Assembly (NCBI RefSeq): GCF_002113885.1
Contig: NW_018403356.1
Span: 189,670 to 253,669, forward strand
Direction: 5' to 3'
From: Mizuhopecten yessoensis
Taxonomy: Eukaryota
Length of the DNA: 64,000 bases
The notes beneath the pieces are model-generated. The model was given only the letters and a program-made list of their open reading frames with translations. It was not told where the DNA came from and ran no database searches. Below, piece by piece: positions 11,734-26,700 of this stretch; position 1 is the first letter of the stretch, and each line of letters starts with the position of its first letter. The position numbers were made by a program, and so were the translations under genes.

Positions 11734-14700
11734 CTGGAGGTTACGAAGTAAGCGTTTGACACTAAGGTGGGTTGATTTGCACCTTGGACAGAATCCACTT
11801 CCAGTCAACCATCTTGAGACGATGACTGGGCTCCGCCTATTTGGCCTGTTTGCACCGTTTATATACCCTGGTGATTGTCACCATATACGTCACCTTCCAA
11901 AAATAACACGCATTTTCGTTGGTCATGAATTTTGCATAGCTTGCTTGATTTTCGAGATTACCTGTTGTTTTCGTTAGATTATTATGAAACTGGAAGGGTA
12001 TCCCGATTGAATTTTGCTTACGTAGGTATATTGATACTAAATCCTCACGTGATCACGTGAGGTATTTTGCTGTGTAATCGATATTAGCGTATACAAACGT
12101 CCCTCGTTGTGAAGAACTGCTGACACATGTACTATACACGGCTGTAATGTACACACACACTGTACACATACTATATATCCCAGTCCCCTGTACTTTCATT
12201 TAATCTATTTTTCTGAGACACCACTAGATTGTTGGAATTCAGTAGAAAAAAAACCAACCACAGTTGCTCCATCATTAACTGTGATAGATTAATTAAACAT
12301 ATGACATAATGTGGATGCAAATATTGTATTTTTTTACACCGTTATATATAATTCTAAATAGACCAACGAACAACAGTCATGCTTTGATATGAATCAATTC
12401 TATTCAATCATTATATACATATATACATAATAATTGCAGCTTGGTTTAAGTTAGTTTCTCTGAAAGCATAAGTGCTACACCATCCAAACTTGGACCATAG
12501 ATGCATCTTAGGTAGTACAACTCAGCCCATGCATCAAAAGCTGGATGCGGCCTACCTGTTATGGTCCATTGACTTTGTCAGCATCTCCATCAACAATAGT
12601 TTTTGTGTTTTAGTTAGTTTCTCTGAAAGTATTACCCCAACCACACTTGGACCATAGATGCATCTTAGGTAGTACAACTCAGCCCATGCATCAAATGCTG
12701 GATGCGGCCTACCTTTTATGGTCCATCAATTTTGTCAGCATCTCCATCAACATTAAGTTTTTGCATTTAAGTTAGTTTCTTTGATATGAGCATTGATGGT
12801 CAAAGCGGGGCATAGGCGAGACATACTTTACAGTTTCTCCCCAATTGTTAAGAGCTGCATTTTTGCTTTAAGCAATGCAGATAACCAATGTTTTCTCATA
12901 TGTTGACATGTCTACTAACTTACAAGGAGTTGCTAAAAGATATACCTGTCATTTAGAAAGACTGAACACATACATATATATAGATTGAAGAATATCTTTC
13001 TGGTAATACATTGGTGTTTTAAATGGAACGATGTTATGCTCTGAACCCCGCCCAATATGAGTATATGTTGACTTTTGAACGGCTCCAGCTTCTATTAATT
13101 CCTATATACACTGTGTTTAAATGTTGGTAATGCTTCATATTCCTCCGATTCATGTGTAGCTTTGATCGATATGAACAAGTTTACACAATTTGATTCTAAT
13201 TTTCTAGGATTTGCAAAATTTGATTTTTATTTACTAGTTTTTTAAAAATATTTTTAAACACTATCACATTCCAAGGAATAAGCATCCGATGACTGCCAGT
13301 TTTTTTTTTATTTATTTAAATGTTGACTAAGTCCCTAATTATTCTCAAATCATCGCCCACTTTCCTTACACATTTGAATATTGACTGCTTTTTTTTGTAA
13401 TAAACTAAGGGTTATAGGCCACATAAACATGAAATGTATTACAGTAAAAACTGATGTTTAATTAACTGAAACCTGTTTTTCATTAATCTCATCAATACTT
13501 GTCATTAGACAACAGTGTAATAATTATTTTAACATGCTGAGTACTGTTAATATAGAAACCATTATTCTTCAAATTCGGATATAATATTAAATTACTATTG
13601 GTATTCAAAGTTGTGATTATGACTTCAATGATGATGTCGTTAACAATCACCCATGGCATTTACAATGCTATAATGCTCATTTGTGTGCGGTTGGTTTATA
13701 TAAATGCAATGTTATTAAAGTGTTTATACGTTTAATATTTGTCCTTTTTATTGACAATATGGTACACATTTTACAGTGCTGTATCCTGCTACATCGTGTG
13801 GTATCTCAATACTGGTTAGCAGACATCAGCCGAGTTCCAAATTAACCAAAACCAAAGAAATATTGATGTGAAAATATTTTAATTGCATTTCAAATATTTG
13901 CGTTAGATATCCAATAAATTACAACATGGTACTTCCTTGACTAAGTCTCAACATCAATAAAATAATGTACAATAGAGTAACAAATTAAGCAATACAATGT
14001 ACATGACATACACGAAAGCTTTCTGTAGCTTTTGGTTTTAAACCAATAGGACGGACTTGTTAATACGACTTCAGCATTTGGATAAACAGTATTGCGTGTT
14101 CAAATCTAGAGTTGTCTACCTTACGGTAAAACACATTTTCAGATATTTCTAACTGTATTTTGATGTTATGCTTGAAGGTAAATTCTGACAACGACATGAA
14201 TTTATTCACTCACAAGTATTCTACAATGGTGATAAATTATATCACATTTACCGCTCAGTCTAAAATCACGTAGTAAAACAAAGAGGAAATATGTCGTTCC
14301 TCTTTAACAACAAAAATCGAACAGTGTCTTAGAGGGTACTAGTTTGCAATAGACATTACTTTTACTTTTGTATACAGCGGCTAGGCAGCGTACATTTACT
14401 TAAATAGGATTCCAACTTAGAACAGAATAACACATATGAAAATTAGCTGAATAGACTGTAAACCAACTTTATCTATAGATAACTATTCGATTCAAATAAA
14501 TAACACCGATCAATGTTGAATGGAGAGTTTTACACATGTACGCTCTAATGGTGTCGCACCATATGTATATAGATCGTATGCCTCGTTTGTGTATCCGTCA
14601 GCACAATGAAATTCAGCCCATGTCACACTATCACAGACGCTAACATCTCGGTACCTTAGTCACCTGTCCACAGACCAGAGACCCCAATACAGGTCAACAT

Positions 14701-17700
14701 GTTAATAGCCAAGCCCCACCTGTCTGGCTTTCAGGCGAAAACGGGATGCCACTGAAACAAACCAAAATAACACGCTTTAAACCTTTCATTCAAATCACAA
14801 TACAGCAGTATTTAAATTATATTTTCCCTGATTTCTTTTCTTTGAAGCAAGAGGTGAACTGTTGCATATTATTATCTTTAAACATTAAAATCTCATTGTG
14901 ATGAAACACATATTTTGTATATCTGATCTGATCACGCTCAGCTATTATAAAAGCTATTTTATTGATGATATAATAACGTGTAAATGTTCATATGTTAAAT
15001 TCTTGCATATAAACGTCATCTGAACTTCTAATAAAGAAATATGTCACGGACAAGGATACTATCTAAGCTATACAAGTTCATTAGTATCAAACACTAGAAC
15101 AAGATGACATGAAAATCTGCATTCGTGAAAAGAATCCAACCAATACACGTTTAATATTATCTCGTGACATGCAAAATCAAAGTAGCATGCTACTATAACC
15201 ATTGTTTGCCCTTAAATGTGATGTTTTAATATAGTTATACATTTTCTGTTAGCAAAACCATTAATTTACATTGTTATTCGTTTTGATTGATATCGTTAAA
15301 ACACTAACCAGAGGGAAATTATAACTACATATTAAAAAGAAATTAAACCGATATATCAATGTACATGTGTCAAGTAAATGTCAGGGGCAATTACAGTTAT
15401 GTAATGTACATGTATATTGCAATGATTACCAAACGTAATTAGACTGATGGCTGAAACATTCCTTATAAGGATTAGACTGATGACTGAAACATTCCTTATA
15501 AGGCTTTATTAAACATAAAGAGCACTCTCCATTATTATTTGCAACATCACAATGCCATTTAGTAACACCATACAATCAGTAACACTTAGTTATACAATTA
15601 CCTTCAGTAACATTCAGTATCATTATACCTTCATTAACATTCAGTATCATTATACCTTCATTAACATTCAGTATCATTATACCTTCATTAACATTCAGTA
15701 TCATTATACCTTCAGTAACATTCAGTATCATTATACCTTCAGTAACATTCAGTATCATTATACCTTCAGTAACATTCAGTATCATTATACCTTCAGTAAC
15801 ATTCAGTAACATTATACCTTCAGTAACATTCAGTATCATTATACCTTTAGTAACATTCAGTATCATTTTACATACAATAACACTCGGTAGCATTATTCAT
15901 TCAGTATTTTCAATAACATTCAGTAACATTATACATTCAGTTACATACATGCTTGCTTCTCGGTCATGCTATGAAATTAACAAACTTCCTGTGAAAACAA
16001 CATTTTTTATGTTTACATTATTAAACCATAAATAATGGATATATATATCACTATCACACACTTTTTCAAGTATATACATGTGTCACACATCGACAGTGCG
16101 TGCGTAAACACGTGGGGCGCAGGTTAGGATAAGCACACATCAAATATACATTTGTCACATACGGCTTAAAATATAGGATATACTTGTGAGTATCACACCC
16201 AAGTAGGGGCGGGGATTAACGCTTCCCCCGGGACACCAAGCCAACGCCCGCTAGCCCCGAAGGACTTCCTCAATCCGACTGAAAGTTAATTTGCATAAAA
16301 CGGGTGTAAATATGCATAGATAGTGTGTGTATTAGAAAGGTAACACACTCATTAAGTATTGACCTAAGTGGTAATATATCTCTGTTCATTAGTTGATGCT
16401 AATATTAATTCTATAGTTCTCAAGATTTAAAGAGTTGGTATTCGGGTGATATTTGAATTTGTAAACAACTGTTCTCGTGAATTATTGTGAATTGATATTT
16501 CTGGAGAAATATTAATGATTCCTCAGGGTATAATGCATTGTGTCAACATGATAAAGGCACAGAAGATGTTGTATATCCATGAAAATGAACTGCTATATGG
16601 ATGTCATAATCAGTTGTAACCAATGACAATGCTTTAGAGTCTTAGCTACCAATAAAATATTACTTGGTGATATCAGTACAGACAGAGAATAGTTCACTCG
16701 TGGAAGACGTAAACGAAGACAAAGCGACCCATCACCAATGTTTGTATCACGTAATGTTAGCGCGTATTAATGGCGTTATGATTAAAATGTATTACATGGA
16801 CTATATGGAATCTGTAAACAACCACACGAAAATGACATGTTTTACGACAATACTTGTAATAATGGCAACAACGAAAACAGTATACCAGTAATACCAAAAT
16901 AATAAACACTCTCTATTTACTCTGTTTCAACATAATTAATAAGACACTTGATTATTACACGAAACAGTCTGGTAAACCCTACTCCCAGATACAAATCTAC
17001 AAAAATGAAACACAGTTACCGATTTTTGTTTGGAGCGGACTAAACTGTCCCACAACGTTTCATCATGATCTCGACCTAGATTTCCTGTAATACACACATA
17101 ATCAATATCGTAACCTCGATCGTCTGTAGTATACAAAGACATCAATATCTTGACCTAGATCTTCTGTAATACACACGTACATCAATATCGTGACCTAGAT
17201 CTCCTTTAATACACACAGACAGCAATATCATATCATAACCAATGTCTCCTGTAGTACACACAGACATCAATATCTTAACCTATATATTCTGTAATACAAA
17301 CACACATCAATATCGTGACCTAGATCTCCTTTAATACACACAGACAGCAATATCATCTCATAACCAATGTCTCCTGTAGTACACACAGACATCAATATCT
17401 TAACATATATATTCTGTAATACAAACACACATCAATATCGTGACCTAGATCTTCTGTAATACACACAGACAGCAATATCGGGAACTAGATCTGCTGCTTT
17501 ACACAAAGACATTAATACCATAACCTAGATCTTCCGTAATACACACAGACATCAACATCGTGACCTTGTTTTCTGTAATATTCACCAACATCAATATCCT
17601 GACCTATATCTTCTGAAATACTCACGAACAAGATATTGTGTAAATAATACCCAAATATCAATAAATATATGATGAACTAGATCTTCAGTAATTCACAAGC

Positions 17701-20700
17701 ACATCAATATCGTGACCTCCACACGACCTTCATACACACACAAATTAAGTACCATGAACTAGATTTTCTGCTTTACAAACACATCAATATCGTGATCTGG
17801 TTTTCTGTAATATACACAAACATCATTACCATGACCTAGATATCCTGTAAAACACGAAGACATCAATTTTGTGACCCAATATCGTAGCCTAGATATACTG
17901 ATATATACACAAACTGACCTAGATTTCATTAAATACACACAAACATCGATATCGTAGCCTATATATCCTGTAAAACAAACCTCTATATCGTGACCAATAT
18001 GGCAAATGAAAACGATCGACCGAGGGTCATTATAACGAGGGTTTTCTGTAGTGACATACTCATATAGCGATATCGAATATTCAAAACGATAAGTACGGAC
18101 TATGTTTATACATGATTTTCATTTACTTAACGGCACGTAAATACATAGTAGGATTGGAAATGGATACATGGAGTATTAGAAAGGACACGTGTGCGTATAG
18201 AGTAAGGCATAAAATGGTAGAAATACCTAGGTTCTAGACGAGGCTGTAATGAGAGGTACACATTCACAGAGGAGAAGCAGATGAAGAACCTTTACACCGA
18301 TATATATATGCAAGTCAATCACCAGAACGTCTTCTCATCAGTATAAAGATGGATCATAACGAGTGAAAAGATATTATACAGATACTACGCAGAATATCAA
18401 GAGAACATATGGCAGGGTAAATAGGTTCTTTGATTATTAAGCTTATTGTATAATAATAAAAAGATTTATAAAAGTCTCACTTTCTTTTTACCTTTACTTT
18501 GCATCACGCCCTTACTATTCCAGGAGAATAGTTTACTGCCAATAATAATCATATATGCATACATAACATCATTCTCAGGGAACAAAGGCACTATCTTTAA
18601 CACAGCTCTGTATGGATAGAGGTGTACCGACTTAATCAAATTCGACAGAAACTAATATGTACTGCTTTATTTTTTTTACCAAAAAGCGTAGCACCTCAGT
18701 ATATAATTTACCTTGTTATGTTAATATATCTGTTGACTTTACTTATATCGTAGCGAGACTTTTCCCGTTGATGTCTATCTCGTAGGTTGCTAACATTGCC
18801 TTTTTAATAATAAATATTTTAATATTGTAAATATCTAATATATAAAGGCTACGCCATCATTCAATATAATTTCTCTTTTTTTGTATTATAACTTAGGTTG
18901 CATCAACTACCTCACTCACGATTTATTTTAAACGTGTAAAAAACGAAATCTGAGAAAAAAAAGGACAGTCGTACATTTGTCACTCTTTGAAGTATTTGTG
19001 GGGGAAAATAATGCACATGTGCACTAGAACAAATGGTGCTTTTTGGGAAAACATTTTGAAAACGTCTAGTCTAATCAAACTTACGGTCTATTGGTTTTTG
19101 TTCCTGATACCAGTATTTGAACCCATTCTTGGCTTTATGATTAAAGGCGGTATCCTTTGAATTTTTACGATTTGGTGAGGGAGCTCGCCCTAATGGTCTG
19201 GACTGGCCGTACCGTGGCAGCATAGTGGGATTGCTTACTGTCATGGGGTCTGTCATCACGTTATCCACCTGTTTGACGGTCCCTTAAATGAGTTCATAAA
19301 CCATATTGAAAAATAAAACATTCAATGAAAGTATAATATGAAATGAACAAGCATGTTATGTTCAATATCTACTGAACAATATGCGTTAAATGTGTGTATT
19401 TTCCTCATGACATCTGTTTTGTCTAGCAATTTATTACCGAGTTTTGTAAGCTAATAAAGATACATTTATATCGTTGGTATGTTTACTTATATGTATATCT
19501 GGCACTGCCCAATAATACACACTCGTACAATTAACCTACCTTCTATAAACGTTAAATTACTGCCAGTGTTAGCTACGCATGATTCTACATGTCTCCAACG
19601 GCCTCCTGCTCTTCCCATTCTGTTTAAGTTTCTGTCAAACAGAAAGTTTCGATACATATTAATGTACACTTTAATATTTGTTCTAGCTGTATTTAAGGGT
19701 ACACTATCTCATTAAATGGTATAGGGTGAAAAATTGCTCTTAAATGTCTTTGGGATCAAACAGAAATACTAATAGAAGAAAACCATAGGAAAGGTGTTTT
19801 AAATTTAAAAAAAACAACATAACTTTCTTTCTCTGCAAAGATTAATCCATATCAAAACATTATTTTCAAAGTTTAGGAAAATCATTATCAGACTTAAGTT
19901 AATTAAATAGTAAGTATGATCTGCAGCTTCTACAACACCGCGACACTATAAAGATCAAGGGCAGGTATCGGAGAGAGAACAACACATTACAAGTGTCACC
20001 GAGAGAGCAACGCATACAGATGTCTATAAGGGAGCAACAAATGACAAATATCTATGAGGGAGCAACGAATGACAAATGTCTGAGGGATCAACGAATGACA
20101 AATGTCTATGAGGGAGCAACGAATGACAAATATCTTTGAGGGAGCAACGCATGACAAATGTCTTTGAGGGAGCAACGAATGACAAATACCTTTGAGGGAG
20201 CAACGAATGACAAATGTCTATGAGGGAGCAACGAATGACAAATACCTTTGAGGGAGCAACGAATGACAAATGTCTATGAGGGAGCAACGAATGACAAATA
20301 CCTTTGAGGGAGCAACGAATGACAAATGTCTAGGAGGGAGCAACGAATGACAAATGTCTTTGAGGGAGCAACGAATGACAAATACCTTTGAGGGAGCAAC
20401 GAATGACAAATGTCTATGAGGGAGCAACGAATGACAAATGTATTTGAGGGAGCAACGAATGGCAAATATCTATAAGGGAGCAACGAATGACAAATGTCTA
20501 TGAGGGAGTAACGAATGACAAATGTCTAGGAGGGAGCAACGAATGACAAATGTCTTTGAGGGAGCAATGAATGACAAATCCCTTTGAGGGGCAACGAATG
20601 ACTAATGTTTATAAGGGAGCAACGAATGACAAATGTCTATGAGGGAGTAACGAATGACAAATGTCTAGGAGGGAGCAACGAATGACAAATGTCCATAAGG

Positions 20701-23700
20701 GAGCAACGCATGACAAATGTCTATTAGGGAGCAACGAATGACAAATATATATGAGGGAACAACGAATGACAATATCTTTGAGGGAGCAACGAATGACAAA
20801 TGTCCATAAGGGGGCAACGAATGACAAATGTCTATGACGGAGCAACAAATTACAAATGTCTTTGAGTGAATGGCTCTAAAAGAGCAATTGATGACAAATA
20901 TTTATGCAAGAACGATTCGTTACAAATGTTTTCGACAGATCAGCTCGTGACAAATGTCTCTGAGAGAGTGACTAATGACAACTGTCTCTCGGACAGAGCA
21001 ACATAGAGATGACAAGTGTCTATAAGAGAGCAACAATTTAACATTATACTGGACTTACGGTTTTAGAGATTGGCATATGTAGTTTATAAGATTGAAGATT
21101 TCATGTAGAATACATGTATATGAAAAACATTTTGTACTTTTTATATGTACGTGGGACAACACTAATCTCACAAAACAGTCTGCTGTGGCTTGCTATTCAA
21201 AAGTGCAAAGACATTGTTTGTGACGTTACACAGAACTGAGTGTTGCTATCACCGATAATGTGCTAACCGTTCATAATCAATAGGCGTGTGGACTAAAGTA
21301 CAAAGCGAACTTATAATAACGTCAACTCAGGACAAGGATATCGTGATTGAATTTTAGAAAAACACTCATGACACCCATTGTTACTTTAACTTATACCATT
21401 TGAACCTTCATAAGTAACTACAGTCGAGTTTAGTAAGCTTGTAAAAAGTCAAACAAAGTAAGGCTCTATATAACCTGTAAGTCTTCACCAGCTACACAAC
21501 CACGATACGTACATGTTTGTAGAAGGAACGCGAGATTTCCACAGTCTGTTGTAATACTGCTTGGTGAAGGGATCCATATCTTCTGCTCCAAAGCCCGCAA
21601 ACGTTGCTCCTCTCTCTATAGGAGGGGGGCGGGGACATGGCCCGGGGGTGTACATGGCGTATGCTTTGTTTCGATAATCCTGCTGGGGGTCAGGCTAGTG
21701 AGAACAAAACGTGAATGAACACAGACCCTTCCATTACAATTCACCTTAGTTTTCAATGTTTTCTATTGCTCATGTATATAAAATACCTGGTCTATTCTTT
21801 TTTTGTGTTTATCAACTCAAAATCGTTTATAAGTATGTTTATATATTCTCTAAAGCTGACGTGTACATCCTTTCAAAACAATGAACTTGACAAAATACGT
21901 TATATATGTTTTAGGAATAACATGTTTGACTTTTTCATACACACTTCCGTCGATAAAAGGTTCACAAGAACAATCATTTGAAGGTTCATAGGAATACATG
22001 ACAAATAGTAACACAGAAACGTATGAAATCATTGAAATGTATACAGAAACGTATGAAATCATTGAAATGTATACAGAAACGTATGAAATCATTGAAATGT
22101 ATACAGAAACGTATGAAATCATTGAAATGTATACAGAAACGTATGAAATCATTGAAATGTATACAGAAACGTATGAAATCATTGAAATGTATACAGAAAC
22201 GTATGAAATCATTGAAATGTATACAGAAACGTATGAAATCATTGAAATGTATACAGAAACGTATGAAATCATTGAAATGTATACAGAAACGCATGAAATC
22301 ATTGAAATGTATACAGAAACGCATGAAATCATTGAAATGTATACAGAAACGCATACTTTGATGTCGATTATGCAAGTCTTAATTTTAAAATTATTATAAT
22401 CACGAGTTTTAAAAGAGAAAACCCTAACACAAAATACATGAGTAGCTGTGAGATATTACAACAATAATTACAATATATCCGAACTGGATAATGTTTATAA
22501 TGAAACCACTGCTGAGCACGTTGGCGTCGTTAAAACAAGGGAATCATACATGTGGGTAAATGCTTTAAAAAAAACATGATCATCAGCACATGAGTTACCA
22601 TATAGCATAATCTCCTCTCGTGTATCTATCATTCACCTTAATAGAACTAATCAATATTACTTTGAATGGACGAAAACATTAAGCGCTGAATTGCACTACA
22701 CGAAAAAAGCCTATCTTTGATCCAAATCACAATTTAGCGCATAGCTGTACTTTACACAAAACGTACACTTAATTCGTGTCATTCAAGAATAATTAGCGCA
22801 AACAATCATTATTTATTAAAAAGTCACATAGCTTGATTCCTTCAAAAGATTCATGGGCTTGTCACATACATATTTTCTGTGAATTTAGCTCATTTTATTC
22901 CATTGCGAACTGTCTTACTTATACAAAACATCACACTTGAATCATCCTTGACGACACAGAAAATATTACTGTACAGAACTTAAAAGTTTACCATGGATGT
23001 GACCTCGGTTGCAAACTCTTCAATTAGCATGCATCCTTTATTACCTGCAGTTGGATATCGATATGATCACTTATGGCTAGGTTGGCATATCGCCATTAAT
23101 ATAGAATATTTAAACATGAATGCATATTTTGAACTGATCGACTTTCCCCAAGCATGAAATTGTCATCATGGTACGATAGTTTCGTTGACATTGCACTTGA
23201 ATTTGACATAATATTGATTAAATTTACCTCGACATTCAAATTGATAAGGGGAAGCTTTCAACAAACATCTAGCATCAAATAAAACTATGTATTTGGTTTA
23301 AGTGATAACAGTATGCATATAGCATGTACCACGACATAACAAAATCCAGCATCTAGCAAAAATGTGAATTTATAGCCTCAATACTTAACCAATTAGATTC
23401 TAGCTTGTTCCCATTGGCTAATCATCAAGTAACTGTGTGATTGATGACTGTGAACAATCATTCATTAAACATGTAGCAAGACAAAACCGTTTTATTTTGT
23501 AAAACTGTGAATATATAGCCTCTCCACATAACAAATTAAATTCTAGCCTTTTACCAACAGCTAGGTGATTACCCGACGTGCTTGTCTACTCCGGACGCCT
23601 CCCATCAGTAGACCATAGCGCGCCTGTATACCAACGTATCACAGAAGTGTTATGCTATACCTTGCCCGTATTCATGAAACCGTTCTCATGCTCAAAAACT

Positions 23701-26700
23701 CGGATCCTGTGCTCAAGCCCAATATCTTGTTCCAGTGATAAAATCACAAATCACATTATTTTAAGAAGACTTTAAACCGACTATCGTTTTAAATGGCTAC
23801 ACAGGACTCATTGATCGTATCACGTGATTTCAGTTCGTTAAAAAAAGTCGCCTTTAGCACAGAATCCATGCTTGAGCATGAGAACGGTTTCATGAATGCG
23901 GGTCCAGGTCGCTTAAAACATCAGTAGCGTGATTAATCCATCAGTTGTGTTGTTGAAATTTCAGTATTTAACTTCAAACCTCATTAGTGTATTTAGCACT
24001 TAGTACTTAAAATATTAGTATAGCACTAAATCATCAATATTCATCTTAAAACATGATTATTGTACTGAGAACATCAGCAGCGTATTTTAAATATCAGTAT
24101 CAGTAAATGTAGAGAAATATATGCGGAGGAATAAAAGACTATTAGCACATGGTACAGTCTTTAGGCCTGATATTTACATTAGAATGATTAAACATAGCGA
24201 AACAATTATAGTCAATATCATGCTTTTATGAAATATAAAATGAAACATATTTTTTTAAGTCGTTTACAGAATAGAACGAATAGATGCATTATATAATAGA
24301 CAATTGCTTGGTAAACTAACCAAATGCATATTGATTGCAGGAATAATGTTTGAATGCAATATCTTCACGTTAAATGGCATGCAAAAATTGACAAATAAAC
24401 AATTTGTAAATGATATTTAATAACATAGCAAAATGTGCAAGATCACTAATACTAAAGCGGTATACTGATGAATAATTACCTGTTTCAAATAATCCCATTG
24501 CTGATATCAAGTATAGAAAATAATTTTCCATTAGCAAACATTTTTTTTGTTAATATTTTAAACATGGGTTTTCTTTTACCCCTTACTTTGCTACTATGAT
24601 TATAATACGTAACACACGTAATCCTAACAAGTATTAATCACACATGATAAACGTATGCAACACGCACAATACATTCTATCGAAGCATGAATTGACATATA
24701 TATCGTTCCAACTTTATTGAGTGATCAATATTTTGATATAAAAGTTTACAACAAATCTAATCAAAAGGTACAAATTATGCAATAAGAGGACAATATAAAT
24801 AGCTTGAACACAAACTGACTAATGTAAGTTGATACGAACCGGAACCGAGCATACACCTTAACAAAATGAAAAGCCAAAGATAGGAGGCGAAACTAGGTGT
24901 TCTAAACCAGTGTTTCATATACACAGAAATTAGGTATTGTTTGGTCCTCATTTGTACTACTTCATGTTACCCATTCGAAGCAGCTGTTAAAGGCTATTAA
25001 TTATATTTATTATTATTATCTGAATATTCAATAAGGAAGGATGTAATGCTGTTTTTCCTTTTGTTTCGGTGTCTGCTCTATTCCTGTTGATGTCTCTAGG
25101 TATGAACTTCGAGGTCGTGTATGTTGACGCTGTTGTCTTTGTGGGTTTTACGTTATTTTGTTACCTGATAAGTAGGTATTAGTATTATCCCCATCATCGT
25201 TTACATATCAACAATCAGAGTAATATACAACTTGTCTACTGTTTATCATACTGGTGGTCGGGGGTAAACAAAGCAGTGATATATGTTACTATAGACACGT
25301 ATTATTATCTACATAGTCATATGTTTCATATAATGAATAAGTTGAAATATAAAGATGAACGTTACACGCATAATGTGATAGCACCTATAAAGATTGGTAA
25401 TTGATAAAGCTGGAGCAAACATAACCTATCCCAATCACCAAGGCGAAAGAGGCATATTTGGACCAGATTATTAGTGTTAGATAATAATATCAAAGTATAC
25501 AGAAGCACATTATGTATATACTGTACATAGATTAAAGCAATACCTGTCTGTGTATCTGTAACGTAATCCAATAATACATAAAGAAAAGATGAATGCCTCA
25601 GTCAGGATATATATTGATAGTTTGAATGAATGATTTTCTAATTGATTTTATTGTCTTTAATCATTTTGGCACAACAATTGTTATTAAGTAAAAAAAACTG
25701 TTTCCGTAAATGTTATATATACTACCTTAGAAACGGTAACACGAACGTTTGTATTAATATTTGTTTTAAATATATAATAACAGCATGTGTCATTCTGTAC
25801 TATATACCTCTACCATAAAAAGTGCATATATTGATTCCTAAGGTAGGCTCAAACATCGCTGCTATGGCGATAACTCACAGTCACCCTCTTCATTATTTAT
25901 GGATCTAATTAGGATCAATTGTATTCCCAAAACACTCTGTGTGCGCGTTTGTTTCATTCTACTGCCCCAGTTATCACTTAGTTCTAATATACAATAAAAC
26001 TGTCTCTACTGTCTTGGTTATAATAAGGTTATAATATCGATACTCCTGACTCTCCTGTCTAGGTTATAAAAATATTCTAAACATACAGGGAATATTTACA
26101 ACTGTCTTACTTTTATAGGGGATTAACATATACTGTCTAATTTAACATAGGGGTCTATTATACACCGCGAGTAATTCTACATTACAATCTTAACAACAAT
26201 AATTTATAGATATAATATTGAGATGAGGGTTGGTCTGTTTACAAAGGGTCACAAAAGCAATTGTTTCTGTGATAGTTAAGTGATGTCATAAAGTTTGAGT
26301 TAAGGTTTAAGACAAACTAGTTCTTAGCAAAATATATTGACAATTCCAGAACGTCATAAATTAATGCATCATTGTCGTAAACCATCGTGACACAATAAAT
26401 CCCTACTTATGTGTTCACCTAAACCCTACTGGTGGTAAACTCTTAGAGACACAAAAGGTAGATTCCTACACGTGCGTACATTGTTTGGTATATTTTCAGG
26501 ACAAACAAAACGGACACTATGTTTGAAAACATTATTGGTGAATGAGGATACAAAAAAAGTACAAAGAAAATCCTTCCGTGTGCAATTTAAGGATATACAT
26601 GTGACCGCTTTCTAGGGTAAGGCCAACGCCAATTTGTCGTGAATACATATTTAAAAACATTTGTTTCAAGATATTAATTGATTTAAAACATCATAATAAC

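Noticed and set aside
15459-15503. Small local duplications here and at 23360-23550
   Set aside because: Two-copy duplications with no further structure.
15552-15893. Repetitive ORFs here and at 20024-20848, 29009-29317, 34211-34875, 35479-35751 and 39686-40060
   Set aside because: All coincide with minisatellites; frames shift with unit indels.
21850-22399. Repetitive ORFs on both strands (MISYVSVYIS, TETYEIIEMY)
   Set aside because: By-product of a stop-free 30-bp tandem repeat; no splice or start context.
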